A stretch of 32,000 nt of DNA from Candidatus Saccharimonas aalborgensis. Its GTDB lineage: Bacteria > Patescibacteriota > Saccharimonadia > Saccharimonadales > Saccharimonadaceae. Where the stretch lies: contig NC_021219.1 of assembly GCF_000392435.1 (NCBI RefSeq), forward strand, positions 900,001 through 932,000, written 5' to 3'. The translations under genes were made by a program, and so were the position numbers. Position 1 is the stretch's first letter, and the number at the start of each line of letters is the position of its first letter. Shown here piece after piece: positions 16,004-23,893 of the stretch. Below the pieces are notes generated by a model. It was not told the DNA's origin, ran no database searches, and worked only from the letters and a program-made list of their open reading frames with translations.

Positions 16004-17680
16004 ATGCGCGAAAAATACTTTTTATACGCTCGCAAGAGTACAGACGTAGAGGACAAACAAGTTTTGTCCATTGAGGCGCAAATTGCCGAACTTCGGAAAT
16101 ACGCCAGAGATAACGGCTTGCAAATCGTAGACACCATTATTGAAAAACGCACCGCCAAAATACCAGGTCGCCCGAAGTTCGGATCAATGCTTGCTCGCAT
16201 TGAAGCTGGCGAAGCCAATGGCATTATTGCGTGGCACCCCGACAGATTGGCGCGTAACTCGGTGGACGGCGGACAAATTGTCTATTTGTTAGACCAAATG
16301 TGCCTACAGGTGTTAAAGTTCCCAACATTTTGGTTTGAGAATACCAGTCAGGGTAAGTTTATGCTGTCTATTGCGTTTGGACAGAGCAAGTATTATGTAG
16401 ACAATTTGTCTGAAAACACCAAGCGCGGTTTGCGCCAGAAAGTCAGGCGCGGCGAAATGCCCGGACTTGCACCGCTTGGTTACATAAATGATGTACGTAC
16501 CCGCACCATTGCTGTAGATAAACGGCGTGCGCCGCTGGTTGTATCGGCTTTTGAGTTATACAGTAAAGGCGACAAAGGCTTACAGGAAATTGCCGACTAT
16601 TTTGCAGATAACGGTATAAAAACCAGCGGTGGCTTGCCGCTGAAAAAAGACCAAATCAAATATATGCTGACAAATCCGTTTTACTACGGACATTTTAGAT
16701 ATGCTGGCGAAGTCTACGAGGGCAAGCATGCGACGATTATGTCCAAGAAACTGTTTGACGCGGTGCAATCCGTACTGGAACAGCGCGGACACAAGCGAAA
16801 AGGCGCAAATGCGCCACAAGCCTTGTGCGGCTTACTGACCTGCGGCGCGTGCAATATGGCGATTACTGCCGAGAAAAAGATAAAACACCAAAAGAATGGC
16901 AATATACACGAATATACCTATTACCGTTGCACGCGCAAAAGCAAAATTATGAAATGCACCGAGCCAGCTGTAACCGAACCGCAACTTGTGGCGCAATTAT
17001 CTGACATTTTGCAGGGCTACGCCCTGCCGAGTGCGTGGGCAAACACACTAAACAAAATGCTGAACGAGGACGAGAAAACAGCCGAGCGAACCACTGGCGC
17101 ATTTATAGCCCAAGCACAAGACAATGTGCGTAACTTGCAAGGCAAGTTACAGCGACTTCTTGACGGCTATTTAGACCAAGATATTGACCAGCCAACATAC
17201 AAAGCCAAACAAGCCGAACTGATGAGCGAAAAGAAGTCGCTGGACGAGCAAATTGGCAAGCTAACGCTTGCCGCTAATGCGTGGGTTGAACCTATGCGCC
17301 AGTGGCTAAAAATGGCTGTTTCTCTCAAGAAAATAGCAGAAAACGCCGAGCCGACAGCCATAAAAGCCACGTTTGCTGAAATTGACGGATTGAACCTCTT
17401 TTTATCTAAAAAACAAGCGCGGCTCCTGCCGCGCACCAATTCCAATTCCCCCCAAGAAAACATCTGGCTTGCGCTCTGCGCAACCAAAGAAAAAGCCGCC
17501 CAAATGGGCGACCAATTCCTAAAAAGTCCGAATTTGGCTGGGGTGGAGGGATTCGAACCCCCGAATGCATGGACCAAAACCATGTGCCTTACCACTTGGC
17601 GACACCCCATTATTGCAACAGCAAATTGCTTCAGCAGTATACCACGAGAGGCGTTACTATTGCTATCCCCCGCTGCTTAG
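16004..17680 (+). CDS. Large serine recombinase (integrase)
   Basis: Motifs YARKSTDVEDKQVLSIEAQ (catalytic Ser region), HPDRLARN, a recombinase domain, the zinc ribbon CGLLTCGACN...YYRCTRK and a coiled-coil region. The ribosome-binding site is AGGGGGTG. The ORF has no stop before 17680, so it crosses block R, attR and the antisense of the tRNA. Confidence 0.9.
   Translation: MREKYFLYARKSTDVEDKQVLSIEAQIAELRKYARDNGLQIVDTIIEKRTAKIPGRPKFGSMLARIEAGEANGIIAWHPDRLARNSVDGGQIVYLLDQMCLQVLKFPTFWFENTSQGKFMLSIAFGQSKYYVDNLSENTKRGLRQKVRRGEMPGLAPLGYINDVRTRTIAVDKRRAPLVVSAFELYSKGDKGLQEIADYFADNGIKTSGGLPLKKDQIKYMLTNPFYYGHFRYAGEVYEGKHATIMSKKLFDAVQSVLEQRGHKRKGANAPQALCGLLTCGACNMAITAEKKIKHQKNGNIHEYTYYRCTRKSKIMKCTEPAVTEPQLVAQLSDILQGYALPSAWANTLNKMLNEDEKTAERTTGAFIAQAQDNVRNLQGKLQRLLDGYLDQDIDQPTYKAKQAELMSEKKSLDEQIGKLTLAANAWVEPMRQWLKMAVSLKKIAENAEPTAIKATFAEIDGLNLFLSKKQARLLPRTNSNSPQENIWLALCATKEKAAQMGDQFLKSPNLAGVEGFEPPNAWTKTMCLTTWRHPIIATANCFSSIPREALLLLSPAA
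17405..17539. repeat. Repeat block R (135 bp), the reverse complement of 15716-15852
   Basis: Identical by manual alignment except C6 (17448-17453) versus G9 (15802-15810), and A6 versus T5 near the outer end. Confidence 0.9.
17485..17512 (-). terminator. Element-borne intrinsic terminator 23 nt downstream of the tRNA-Gln 3' end
   Basis: This is the minus-strand copy of the 15743-15769 hairpin plus its U-tract, inside block R. Confidence 0.5.
17535..17609 (-). tRNA. tRNA-Gln (anticodon UUG), CCA encoded
   Basis: The minus strand reads UGGGGUGUCGCCAAGUGGUAAGGCACAUGGUUUUGGUCCAUGCAUUCGGGGGUUCGAAUCCCUCCACCCCAGCCA. It folds as a cloverleaf with anticodon loop UUUUGGU, and closely resembles E. 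coli tRNA-Gln (U1-A72, G73). Confidence 0.9.
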
Positions 17681-17711
17681 CATATGCTATAGCTATAAAC
17701 GAGGAGGATGT

Positions 17712-17927
17712 ATGGTAAAAAAATATATGCACGAGAGGCCTGTCCAAAAATCAGGTAATTTTCTGAGAACCTTGTTGATCTGGCTCGGTATCTTGATCGG
17801 TATAGCGACATTTGTCGTTGAATACGTTTGGCCTGGCAATGAAAAGGTAGTCCTCTACTTGTTCGCCATGTTGGCGGTAGTATATGGTGTGGTGTTGCTT
17901 GATTTTGATGTTGATGACGATGATTAA
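17712..17927 (+). CDS. Small membrane protein (71 aa, 2 TM, acidic DDDD tail)
   Basis: A GAGGAGGA ribosome-binding site lies just upstream of the ATG at 17712, followed by MVKKYMHERP... and two hydrophobic helices. The ORF-track start at 17565 lies inside the tRNA. Confidence 0.5.
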   Translation: MVKKYMHERPVQKSGNFLRTLLIWLGILIGIATFVVEYVWPGNEKVVLYLFAMLAVVYGVVLLDFDVDDDD

Positions 17928-17994
17928 TTAACTACCTATAGTGTTCGTTTTGACCTGCTTTTGCTTTTGATTTGCACGTCTGACGCGTACAATA

Positions 17995-19569
17995 ATGACA
18001 ATAGCGAGAGGAGCGTTGCGAGTGACTAAAGAAACCTTTAGGGAGCGAAATTGGGATATTATTCAGGGTGGTATGGGGGTGGCTGTCTCTGATTATCGGC
18101 TGGCACGAGCTACTGGACGCAGTACGGTCGGTGTTATCTCGGGTACGGCGATTGCTGAGGTGCTTTCGCGGCGATTACAAGATGGCGACCCCACCGGCGA
18201 GATGCGCGAGGCTTTGGCGACATTCCCCAATCAAGCGATTGCCGACCGTGCACTCAGATTGTTTTTTCAGGAAGGCGGTGAACGACCAGAGGGTCAGTCA
18301 CTCTGGTATCGTCAATTGTCAATGTTCAATCACAACACACGTGAGACCAGCATTACAGTCGATATGACGGTGCTAGGAGCATACGCCGAGGCCTATCTGG
18401 CGCGTATCGGTGCTGGCCCCAATGGCAAGACTGGGCTCAATCTCCTGACGAAACTCGATCGACCAAATATGCACGTGCTCGCTGGCGCAATGATGGGTGG
18501 TATCGATGTGGCCATCATGGGTGCCGGCATACCCGATCAGATACCAGAGCTGATTCATAAGATCAAACATAATCAAGGCGAGCCGATTTTGCATGGTATT
18601 CATACACAGGGTCAGGGGCCGAGTCGGTTTGCGATGCCGCTCGATCTCGGTCGGTACGCGCCTGACCTTGATACAATGAATCATCCGGCATTTCTCGCGA
18701 TTATTACTCATCATGATCTGGCGCGTCGCATGAGCGAACAAGAATTTGCTCCCGACGGCTATGTCATCGAGGCGCCAACAGCGGGTGGTCACAATGCGCC
18801 GCCGCGCGGCAGTGCCAAAAACGAGCGCGGCGAACCGGTTTACACCGAGCAAGATCTTGCCGACCTCAGTCAGATGCTCGAAATGGGATTAACATTTTGG
18901 CTAGCTGGCCAGCGCGGAACCCACGAGGATTATGAAGATGCACTTCTGTCTGGCGCGCGCGGCGTGCAGGTGGGTACCGCCTTTGCGCTCGCTCAGGAGT
19001 CGGGATGGGATCCTGAGCTGAAACGGCGAATTATCGATGAAATTGCGAGTGAAAGTGGCCTTGATGTCTACACTGATCCCAACGCTTCGCCGTCTGGTTT
19101 CCCTATCAAAGTGGGACGAGTACCTGGCACGGTGAGCGATGCCGACGTATATCCTGCTCGCAAGCGGATTTGCGACATCGGACACCTGCGTACCGCGCAT
19201 CACGGAGTTGATGCTCACGGAAAGCCGACTATCGGGTATCAGTGTACTGCCGAACCCATGGAAGATTATCTACGAAAAGTTGGTGCCGCTGAGTTGCCGC
19301 CAGAGCATCCCAAGCGTCGTGTGGCGATGATGCGGACTGATGGCAGTGTATGTCTCTGTAATGCGCTTCTCGCCGCGGCAGGCTTTCCGCAGGTACGTGA
19401 CGGGATAGCAGAGCCCGCTATGGTGACCATTGGCGATGATGCAAATCGCTTCCTGCACCTCATCAATACTGATGAATCGGGCCACTTCGATCCCTATAAG
19501 CCCGTCACGGCTGAGCGCGTACTGCACTTTATTCGTACTGGCGAAAAAGACCTTGATTACGGTATTTGA
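17995..19569 (+). CDS. Nitronate monooxygenase (NMO/2-nitropropane dioxygenase)-family FMN oxidoreductase, long form
   Basis: Motifs GGMGVAVS, IEAPTAGGHNAPPRG and GVQVGTAFALAQESG. Confidence 0.55.
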   Translation: MTIARGALRVTKETFRERNWDIIQGGMGVAVSDYRLARATGRSTVGVISGTAIAEVLSRRLQDGDPTGEMREALATFPNQAIADRALRLFFQEGGERPEGQSLWYRQLSMFNHNTRETSITVDMTVLGAYAEAYLARIGAGPNGKTGLNLLTKLDRPNMHVLAGAMMGGIDVAIMGAGIPDQIPELIHKIKHNQGEPILHGIHTQGQGPSRFAMPLDLGRYAPDLDTMNHPAFLAIITHHDLARRMSEQEFAPDGYVIEAPTAGGHNAPPRGSAKNERGEPVYTEQDLADLSQMLEMGLTFWLAGQRGTHEDYEDALLSGARGVQVGTAFALAQESGWDPELKRRIIDEIASESGLDVYTDPNASPSGFPIKVGRVPGTVSDADVYPARKRICDIGHLRTAHHGVDAHGKPTIGYQCTAEPMEDYLRKVGAAELPPEHPKRRVAMMRTDGSVCLCNALLAAAGFPQVRDGIAEPAMVTIGDDANRFLHLINTDESGHFDPYKPVTAERVLHFIRTGEKDLDYGI

Positions 19570-19602
19570 CAGAGGTAGTATTACGGCGTAAGCTAAAGCT
19601 AT

Positions 19603-21657
19603 ATGTCACGATTCTTTTTGCCTAGTTTTGAGGGCTATAAGAGGCGGTATGTCAAATCTGACTTACTGGCGGCACTTGTCGTCACTGCCATCGCGGTACC
19701 TGAATCACTCGGCTTTGCTGCTATCGTTGGGTTGCCACCACAGGCTGGACTCTATAGTGCGCTTTTTGCACCCATCGTCTTTGCTATTTTCGCCCACACC
19801 AGACGTCTTGTGGTCGGGGCCGACTCAGCAACGGCGGCGCTTGTGGCGTCGGGTGCCGGTCTGGTGGCTGCCGCCGGAAGCCCCGACTATACCAATGCTA
19901 TTGTCCTCCTGGGGTTATTGACAGCGGTCTTGCTGATACTGATGGGTGTCAGCAAACTCGGTTTTTTGGCAGATTTGATTTCGCGCCCCGTGCTAGTGGG
20001 TTTTTTGGCTGGTGTCGGTGTGCAATTGATACTTGGTAAACTTCCGGAAATGCTCGGTATTGAGCAGTCTGGCAATTTACTGCAAAAAATAACAGGGATC
20101 ATCGCTCACGCGGGAACGATTAATACTATGACAGTAACCATCTCGGTGCTTGTGGTAGGACTTATTCTCATCCTTAGGCATACGCGCTACCCGGCAGAGT
20201 TGTTGGCCTTGGTTGCGGCAACGATACTCAGCAGTAGTTTTGCTGTCGCTGCCTACGGCGTCAAACTGGTTGGTGCGCTGCCTGCTGGTTTACCGACGCT
20301 GACAGTTCCTCAATTTACACCAGGACTCATCATGACACTGTTTCCGGCAGCACTGGCTATCGCGCTGGTTATTTTGGCGCAAAGTTCGGCAGTCATCCGT
20401 TCGCAGGCTGCTGAGCATGATGACAAAATACGACTTAACACCGATCTCATTAGTCTTGGATTTGCTAACGCAGTCTCGGCACTTACGCGCGGATTCGCTA
20501 TCAACGGTAGCCCGCCGCGTTCTCAGGCTGCCGATATGGCGGGCGGCAAAACGCAGCTGGTCAATGTTTACATGAGTATCCTGATCGGGCTTCTCTTGCT
20601 CTTTGGATCGACACTCTTTGTCCATATGCCGGTTGCTGCTCTGGCTTCAGTTGTTTGCATGGTCGGTTTTCACTTGATTCGCGTACAAGAGCTAGTCTAT
20701 ATTTGGCGAGCACATCGCACCGAGTTTTTCATCGCAATGATTGCGCTTGTCGGTGTGGCGCTCCTAGGGGTACAGCAAGGTGTGTTGATTGCGGTGATTG
20801 TATCATTGATGGAACGCCTCAGCCGTCAGTATCGACCGAAGGACGATATTTTGCTTCGTGATGGCAAATTGTCAGACTGGGCCCAACAGCGAATTGATTC
20901 TCACCATCGCTTTCGGTCGAGCCCCGATGGGCTACTCGTCTATAGTTTTGATGGCTCGCTCTTTTTTGAGAATATCAGCTATTTCGTATCACGTCTCAAG
21001 GCGGCCATCAGGACCGCAAAAGAACCTGTCCGCCAAGTAATTGTTGATGCGGGTGCGATTGAGAGTATTGATTATACTGCTGTCGAGGCCATGAAACAGC
21101 TTCATCGTCACCTGGGTATCGACAATATAACGCTCGGTTTCGCCCACGTTTCGCCGCAGCTCCGAACGCAGTTTGATGAGTATGGAATGACAAATCTACT
21201 TGGTAAAGAACAGATATTTCCGACCCTCAATGCGGCTATTGAAGCGCATCCAGGAGCAACGAGGTCAGTGGTCGAAATGGTCAAACGGCTCGAACTCAAC
21301 TCCGATCACTACGTCGTGATTGGTGGTGGCGTCATGGAAGTGCTAGGGTTGCGCACAACCCGTGATACCGACCTTGTCGTGAATGACGATATATACCGAT
21401 TTTACCGTGACGAAAAAGGATGGAAGGAATACGTCCAGGATAATGGCAAAAAGATCCTTTCGCACAACGGCTACAACCTCATGCGGTCGTGGATGGGGCG
21501 CGACCTAAAAGCACTCAAGAAAGATGCATTCCAAAAGGATGACGTATCGTTTATGAGTGTCAAGCAATTGATCGAATGCAAGCATCATCTTGGCCGCAAA
21601 AAAGACTTTGCCGACATCGAGCTACTCAATTCATCTCACCACAGGCGTGAACGATAG
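19603..21657 (+). CDS. SulP-family anion transporter with a STAS domain and an extra C-terminal nucleotidyltransferase-like domain
   Basis: The N-terminal segment DLLAALVVTAIAVPESLGFAAIVGLPPQAGLYS is SulP-like. LLVYSFDGSLFFENISYF is STAS-like. The C-terminal ~120 aa contain VIGGGVMEVLGLRTTRDTDLVV (a G-x-D-x-D NTase signature) and GRKKDFADIELL. Confidence 0.75.
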   Translation: MSRFFLPSFEGYKRRYVKSDLLAALVVTAIAVPESLGFAAIVGLPPQAGLYSALFAPIVFAIFAHTRRLVVGADSATAALVASGAGLVAAAGSPDYTNAIVLLGLLTAVLLILMGVSKLGFLADLISRPVLVGFLAGVGVQLILGKLPEMLGIEQSGNLLQKITGIIAHAGTINTMTVTISVLVVGLILILRHTRYPAELLALVAATILSSSFAVAAYGVKLVGALPAGLPTLTVPQFTPGLIMTLFPAALAIALVILAQSSAVIRSQAAEHDDKIRLNTDLISLGFANAVSALTRGFAINGSPPRSQAADMAGGKTQLVNVYMSILIGLLLLFGSTLFVHMPVAALASVVCMVGFHLIRVQELVYIWRAHRTEFFIAMIALVGVALLGVQQGVLIAVIVSLMERLSRQYRPKDDILLRDGKLSDWAQQRIDSHHRFRSSPDGLLVYSFDGSLFFENISYFVSRLKAAIRTAKEPVRQVIVDAGAIESIDYTAVEAMKQLHRHLGIDNITLGFAHVSPQLRTQFDEYGMTNLLGKEQIFPTLNAAIEAHPGATRSVVEMVKRLELNSDHYVVIGGGVMEVLGLRTTRDTDLVVNDDIYRFYRDEKGWKEYVQDNGKKILSHNGYNLMRSWMGRDLKALKKDAFQKDDVSFMSVKQLIECKHHLGRKKDFADIELLNSSHHRRER

Positions 21658-22442
21658 CGACTAAGCATGTCGATAATTGGCGGCAGAGGATGGTGCGCAA
21701 CCAGCGTTGTCGGATCAGTTGTCTTATATACGGCATCGTAAGCTGATTTCGTACATTCTGATAGCACAGTGGTCTCTCTTGGTGGCAGGTGGCGATTGAA
21801 TCGATCGGCCTCTTTTATGGGGGGCAATAGCCCTACCGCGTGAGCAACGCCAGATACAAATGCATGAGTGTCTCGCGAAATATACTGTATCGATATTCCT
21901 TGCTGTTTGGCATGAGCCAGTGACTTGTGAATTGAGGGATATGGTACGACATCACCTAGGATGAGTCCCAAAAACTCTGCTTGATGAACTGATGCTGCAG
22001 CGAGGTCGGCAGTGTGCGTTAGGTGAGCTACCGCTTCAACACGACTGCCTCTAATATGATGTTGGCGGGCGGTCAACATAACGCGCTCTCGTTCGTTTTC
22101 AGTGAGTGATGTCGCTAGGAGGATGGTGTCAACATCGCCAAAAAGGATACTCGCAAACGTATCTCCGTCATGCCGGGTATAGGCAGAAATACTGCCATGA
22201 TGACTCACGATGATAGAGGAATCCTTTGTACTTTCCCATTGCTTACGTTTGGTGAATGCCTGTCGAATTGCATCAAGCCGTTGGGGATGAATAGTCCAAA
22301 AAGAGGACTCAGATAGGTTTATCGTAACAAGGTTTTCGGTATCGACAATGATTGTGGCGATGCTTTTCACCTGCTTTTTTCGCGCGCCCCTACCACCTAT
22401 GTGAGGAGGAAAGTAATACTCAAATAGTTCGGCACTAGTCAT
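21636..22442 (-). CDS. Soluble protein resembling a degenerate P-type ATPase P/N domain
   Basis: EFLGLILGDVVPYPSIHKSLAHAKQQGISIQYISRDTHAFVSGVAHAVGL parallels the ATPase hinge region (GI.V.MiTGD...A..IA...GI), but with SRD in place of TGD. IIVDTENLVTIN sits where DKTGTLT would be. There are no TM segments. Confidence 0.4.
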   Translation of the reverse strand: MTSAELFEYYFPPHIGGRGARKKQVKSIATIIVDTENLVTINLSESSFWTIHPQRLDAIRQAFTKRKQWESTKDSSIIVSHHGSISAYTRHDGDTFASILFGDVDTILLATSLTENERERVMLTARQHHIRGSRVEAVAHLTHTADLAAASVHQAEFLGLILGDVVPYPSIHKSLAHAKQQGISIQYISRDTHAFVSGVAHAVGLLPPIKEADRFNRHLPPRETTVLSECTKSAYDAVYKTTDPTTLVAHHPLPPIIDMLSRYRSRLW

Positions 22443-22465
22443 AGAGGTAGTATAGCATAAGCAGG

Positions 22466-22494
22466 TTGCACCGATTCGGCCGGTAGTCTACACT
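22466..22494 (+). promoter_or_regulatory. Promoter TTGCAC-N17-TACACT, 6 nt upstream of the ATG at 22501 (leaderless arrangement)
   Basis: Sequence ttgcac cgattcggccggtagtc tacact taggtc ATG. Confidence 0.45.
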
Positions 22495-22500
22495 TAGGTC

Positions 22501-22701
22501 ATGGCTACAAAATCAACCTCAAAGAAATCCACTCCCTCAAGGAAAGTATCAGCAGCCAAGAAGGCGCCCCAGAAAAAGCCTGTTTCGCGCCCAGTTGTTT
22601 CTGACAAGGTTGACTATTATCCCAACCGCATGACGGTAGCTATCTCCATGCTGGCCGGCAGCCTCCTCGTACTATTGGCGCTGATTGCCGTATTGACGTA
22701 G
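22501..22701 (+). CDS. Small Lys-rich tail-anchored membrane protein (66 aa)
   Basis: The basic N-terminal region MATKSTSKKSTPSRKVSAAKKAPQKKP is followed by a C-terminal TM helix, VAISMLAGSLLVLLALIAVL. Confidence 0.45.
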   Translation: MATKSTSKKSTPSRKVSAAKKAPQKKPVSRPVVSDKVDYYPNRMTVAISMLAGSLLVLLALIAVLT

Positions 22702-22759
22702 TCCAGCAATAATTAAGAGTTATTCGCATCTCACTACCAACGGTGGTATAATCATAGGC

Positions 22760-23893
22760 ATGAAAGTTCGTATCGAGATTGACACAAAAACATTTGTACG
22801 GTTTTGGCTCGTAGTAATTGGGTTTGCATTCGCCATCCTCGCTCTCTATAGCGCTCGCATGCCGCTATTTATTATCGGAACAGCTCTATTTTTGGCGTTG
22901 GCACTAAATGGCCCAGTCTCATGGATGGCGCGCCGCTTGCCTGATCGGAGTCGAACACTTAGCACAGCGATAGCTTTTATGGCGGTGATCGGCATGCTGG
23001 CAGTAGTCGTGTTTTTGGTGGTGCCACCTATCGTCCAACAGACAGCAAAGTTCATTGATTCGGCACCAACACTAGTCAGAGAGATGTCAAATCAATGGCG
23101 CGGGCTTGGTAATTTGATCGAAAAATACCATATTCAGCCTCAAATTGATCAGGCCGTTGCGGCGATTCAAGCAGATGCAGGACGTTTTGCGAGAGATCTC
23201 GGCGGCAATTTTATATCAGGCATTGGTTCGGCATTTGGCTGGATGATGGCGGCTACTCTCACGCTCGTCTTGACGTTTTTGATGTTGATCGAAGGCCCAA
23301 CGTGGCTGAACCGATTGTGGTCGGTTTATAAGGATGACAAAAAAATCACTTCGCATAAGCGTCTTCTTGGTAAAATGCACGCGGTCGTGGAAGGCTACGT
23401 AGGTGGGCAGTTGACGGTATCTGGCATTGATGGATTGTTCGCGGGACTGACAGTGTTTATTTTGAGCCAGTTTTTTCCTGAAGTACCTTCAAATCTAGCG
23501 CTGCCGACCGTTGCGATGCTTTTTACGCTTTCACTTATTCCCCTCTTCGGTGCACCGATCGGAGCTATGATCATCACCCTGCTTCTTCTCATCAATAGCG
23601 TGCCAGCGGCAGTTATCTTTGCTATTTACTTCCTCATTTACTCACAGATAGAGGGAAACTTCATCGCACCTACCATCCAATCGCGGCGGATTGAGCTTTC
23701 GCCGCTGGCGATTTTGGCCGCCGTTACTATCGGTATTTATGTCTTTGGCATTACTGGAGCGATTATCTCTATCCCCGTGGCGGGCTGTATCAAAGTGCTC
23801 GTCGAAGATTATTTGGAGCGTTCACGAGATCACCAAAAGCAGCAGCAAAAACCACTCGTCAAATTGGCAAAAAAGCTCAGTGGCGAGGATTAG
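22760..23893 (+). CDS. AI-2E family transporter (PerM/UPF0118)
   Basis: 377-aa polytopic protein whose layout, and the conserved C-terminal region IPLFGAPIGAMI...IEGNFIAP...L.PL, are typical of the AI-2E family. Confidence 0.7.
   Translation: MKVRIEIDTKTFVRFWLVVIGFAFAILALYSARMPLFIIGTALFLALALNGPVSWMARRLPDRSRTLSTAIAFMAVIGMLAVVVFLVVPPIVQQTAKFIDSAPTLVREMSNQWRGLGNLIEKYHIQPQIDQAVAAIQADAGRFARDLGGNFISGIGSAFGWMMAATLTLVLTFLMLIEGPTWLNRLWSVYKDDKKITSHKRLLGKMHAVVEGYVGGQLTVSGIDGLFAGLTVFILSQFFPEVPSNLALPTVAMLFTLSLIPLFGAPIGAMIITLLLLINSVPAAVIFAIYFLIYSQIEGNFIAPTIQSRRIELSPLAILAAVTIGIYVFGITGAIISIPVAGCIKVLVEDYLERSRDHQKQQQKPLVKLAKKLSGED

Larger units (their letters stand above)
14354..17539. mobile_element. 3.18-kb integrative element at the 3' end of tRNA-Gln: TraB/GumN-like cargo plus large serine recombinase plus internal inverted repeats
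   Basis: TTGGCT occurs at both junctions (14354-14359 and 17534-17539), and its complement AGCCAA lies at the centre of the internal repeat (15716-15721). A large serine recombinase gene lies inside, and the tRNA gene and a terminator-like hairpin lie on opposite flanks. Confidence 0.8.

Noticed and set aside
14354-17539. Considered whether the inverted blocks mark an IS element or MITE (terminal inverted repeats), a phase-variation inverton, or an assembly/MDA fold-back artefact.
   Set aside because: There is no transposase and no target-site duplication beyond the shared core. The outer ends are not inverted repeats of each other; each is inverted only relative to the centre. The copies differ by a substitution and two indels, which argues against a simple fold-back chimera. 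Inversion is still possible, and I treat it as a hypothesis in the main finding.
17167-17610. 147-aa minus-strand ORF antisense to the recombinase 3' end and overlapping the tRNA.
   Set aside because: It begins inside the tRNA-Gln gene and runs through the repeat. It is an antisense shadow ORF of a well-supported recombinase gene.
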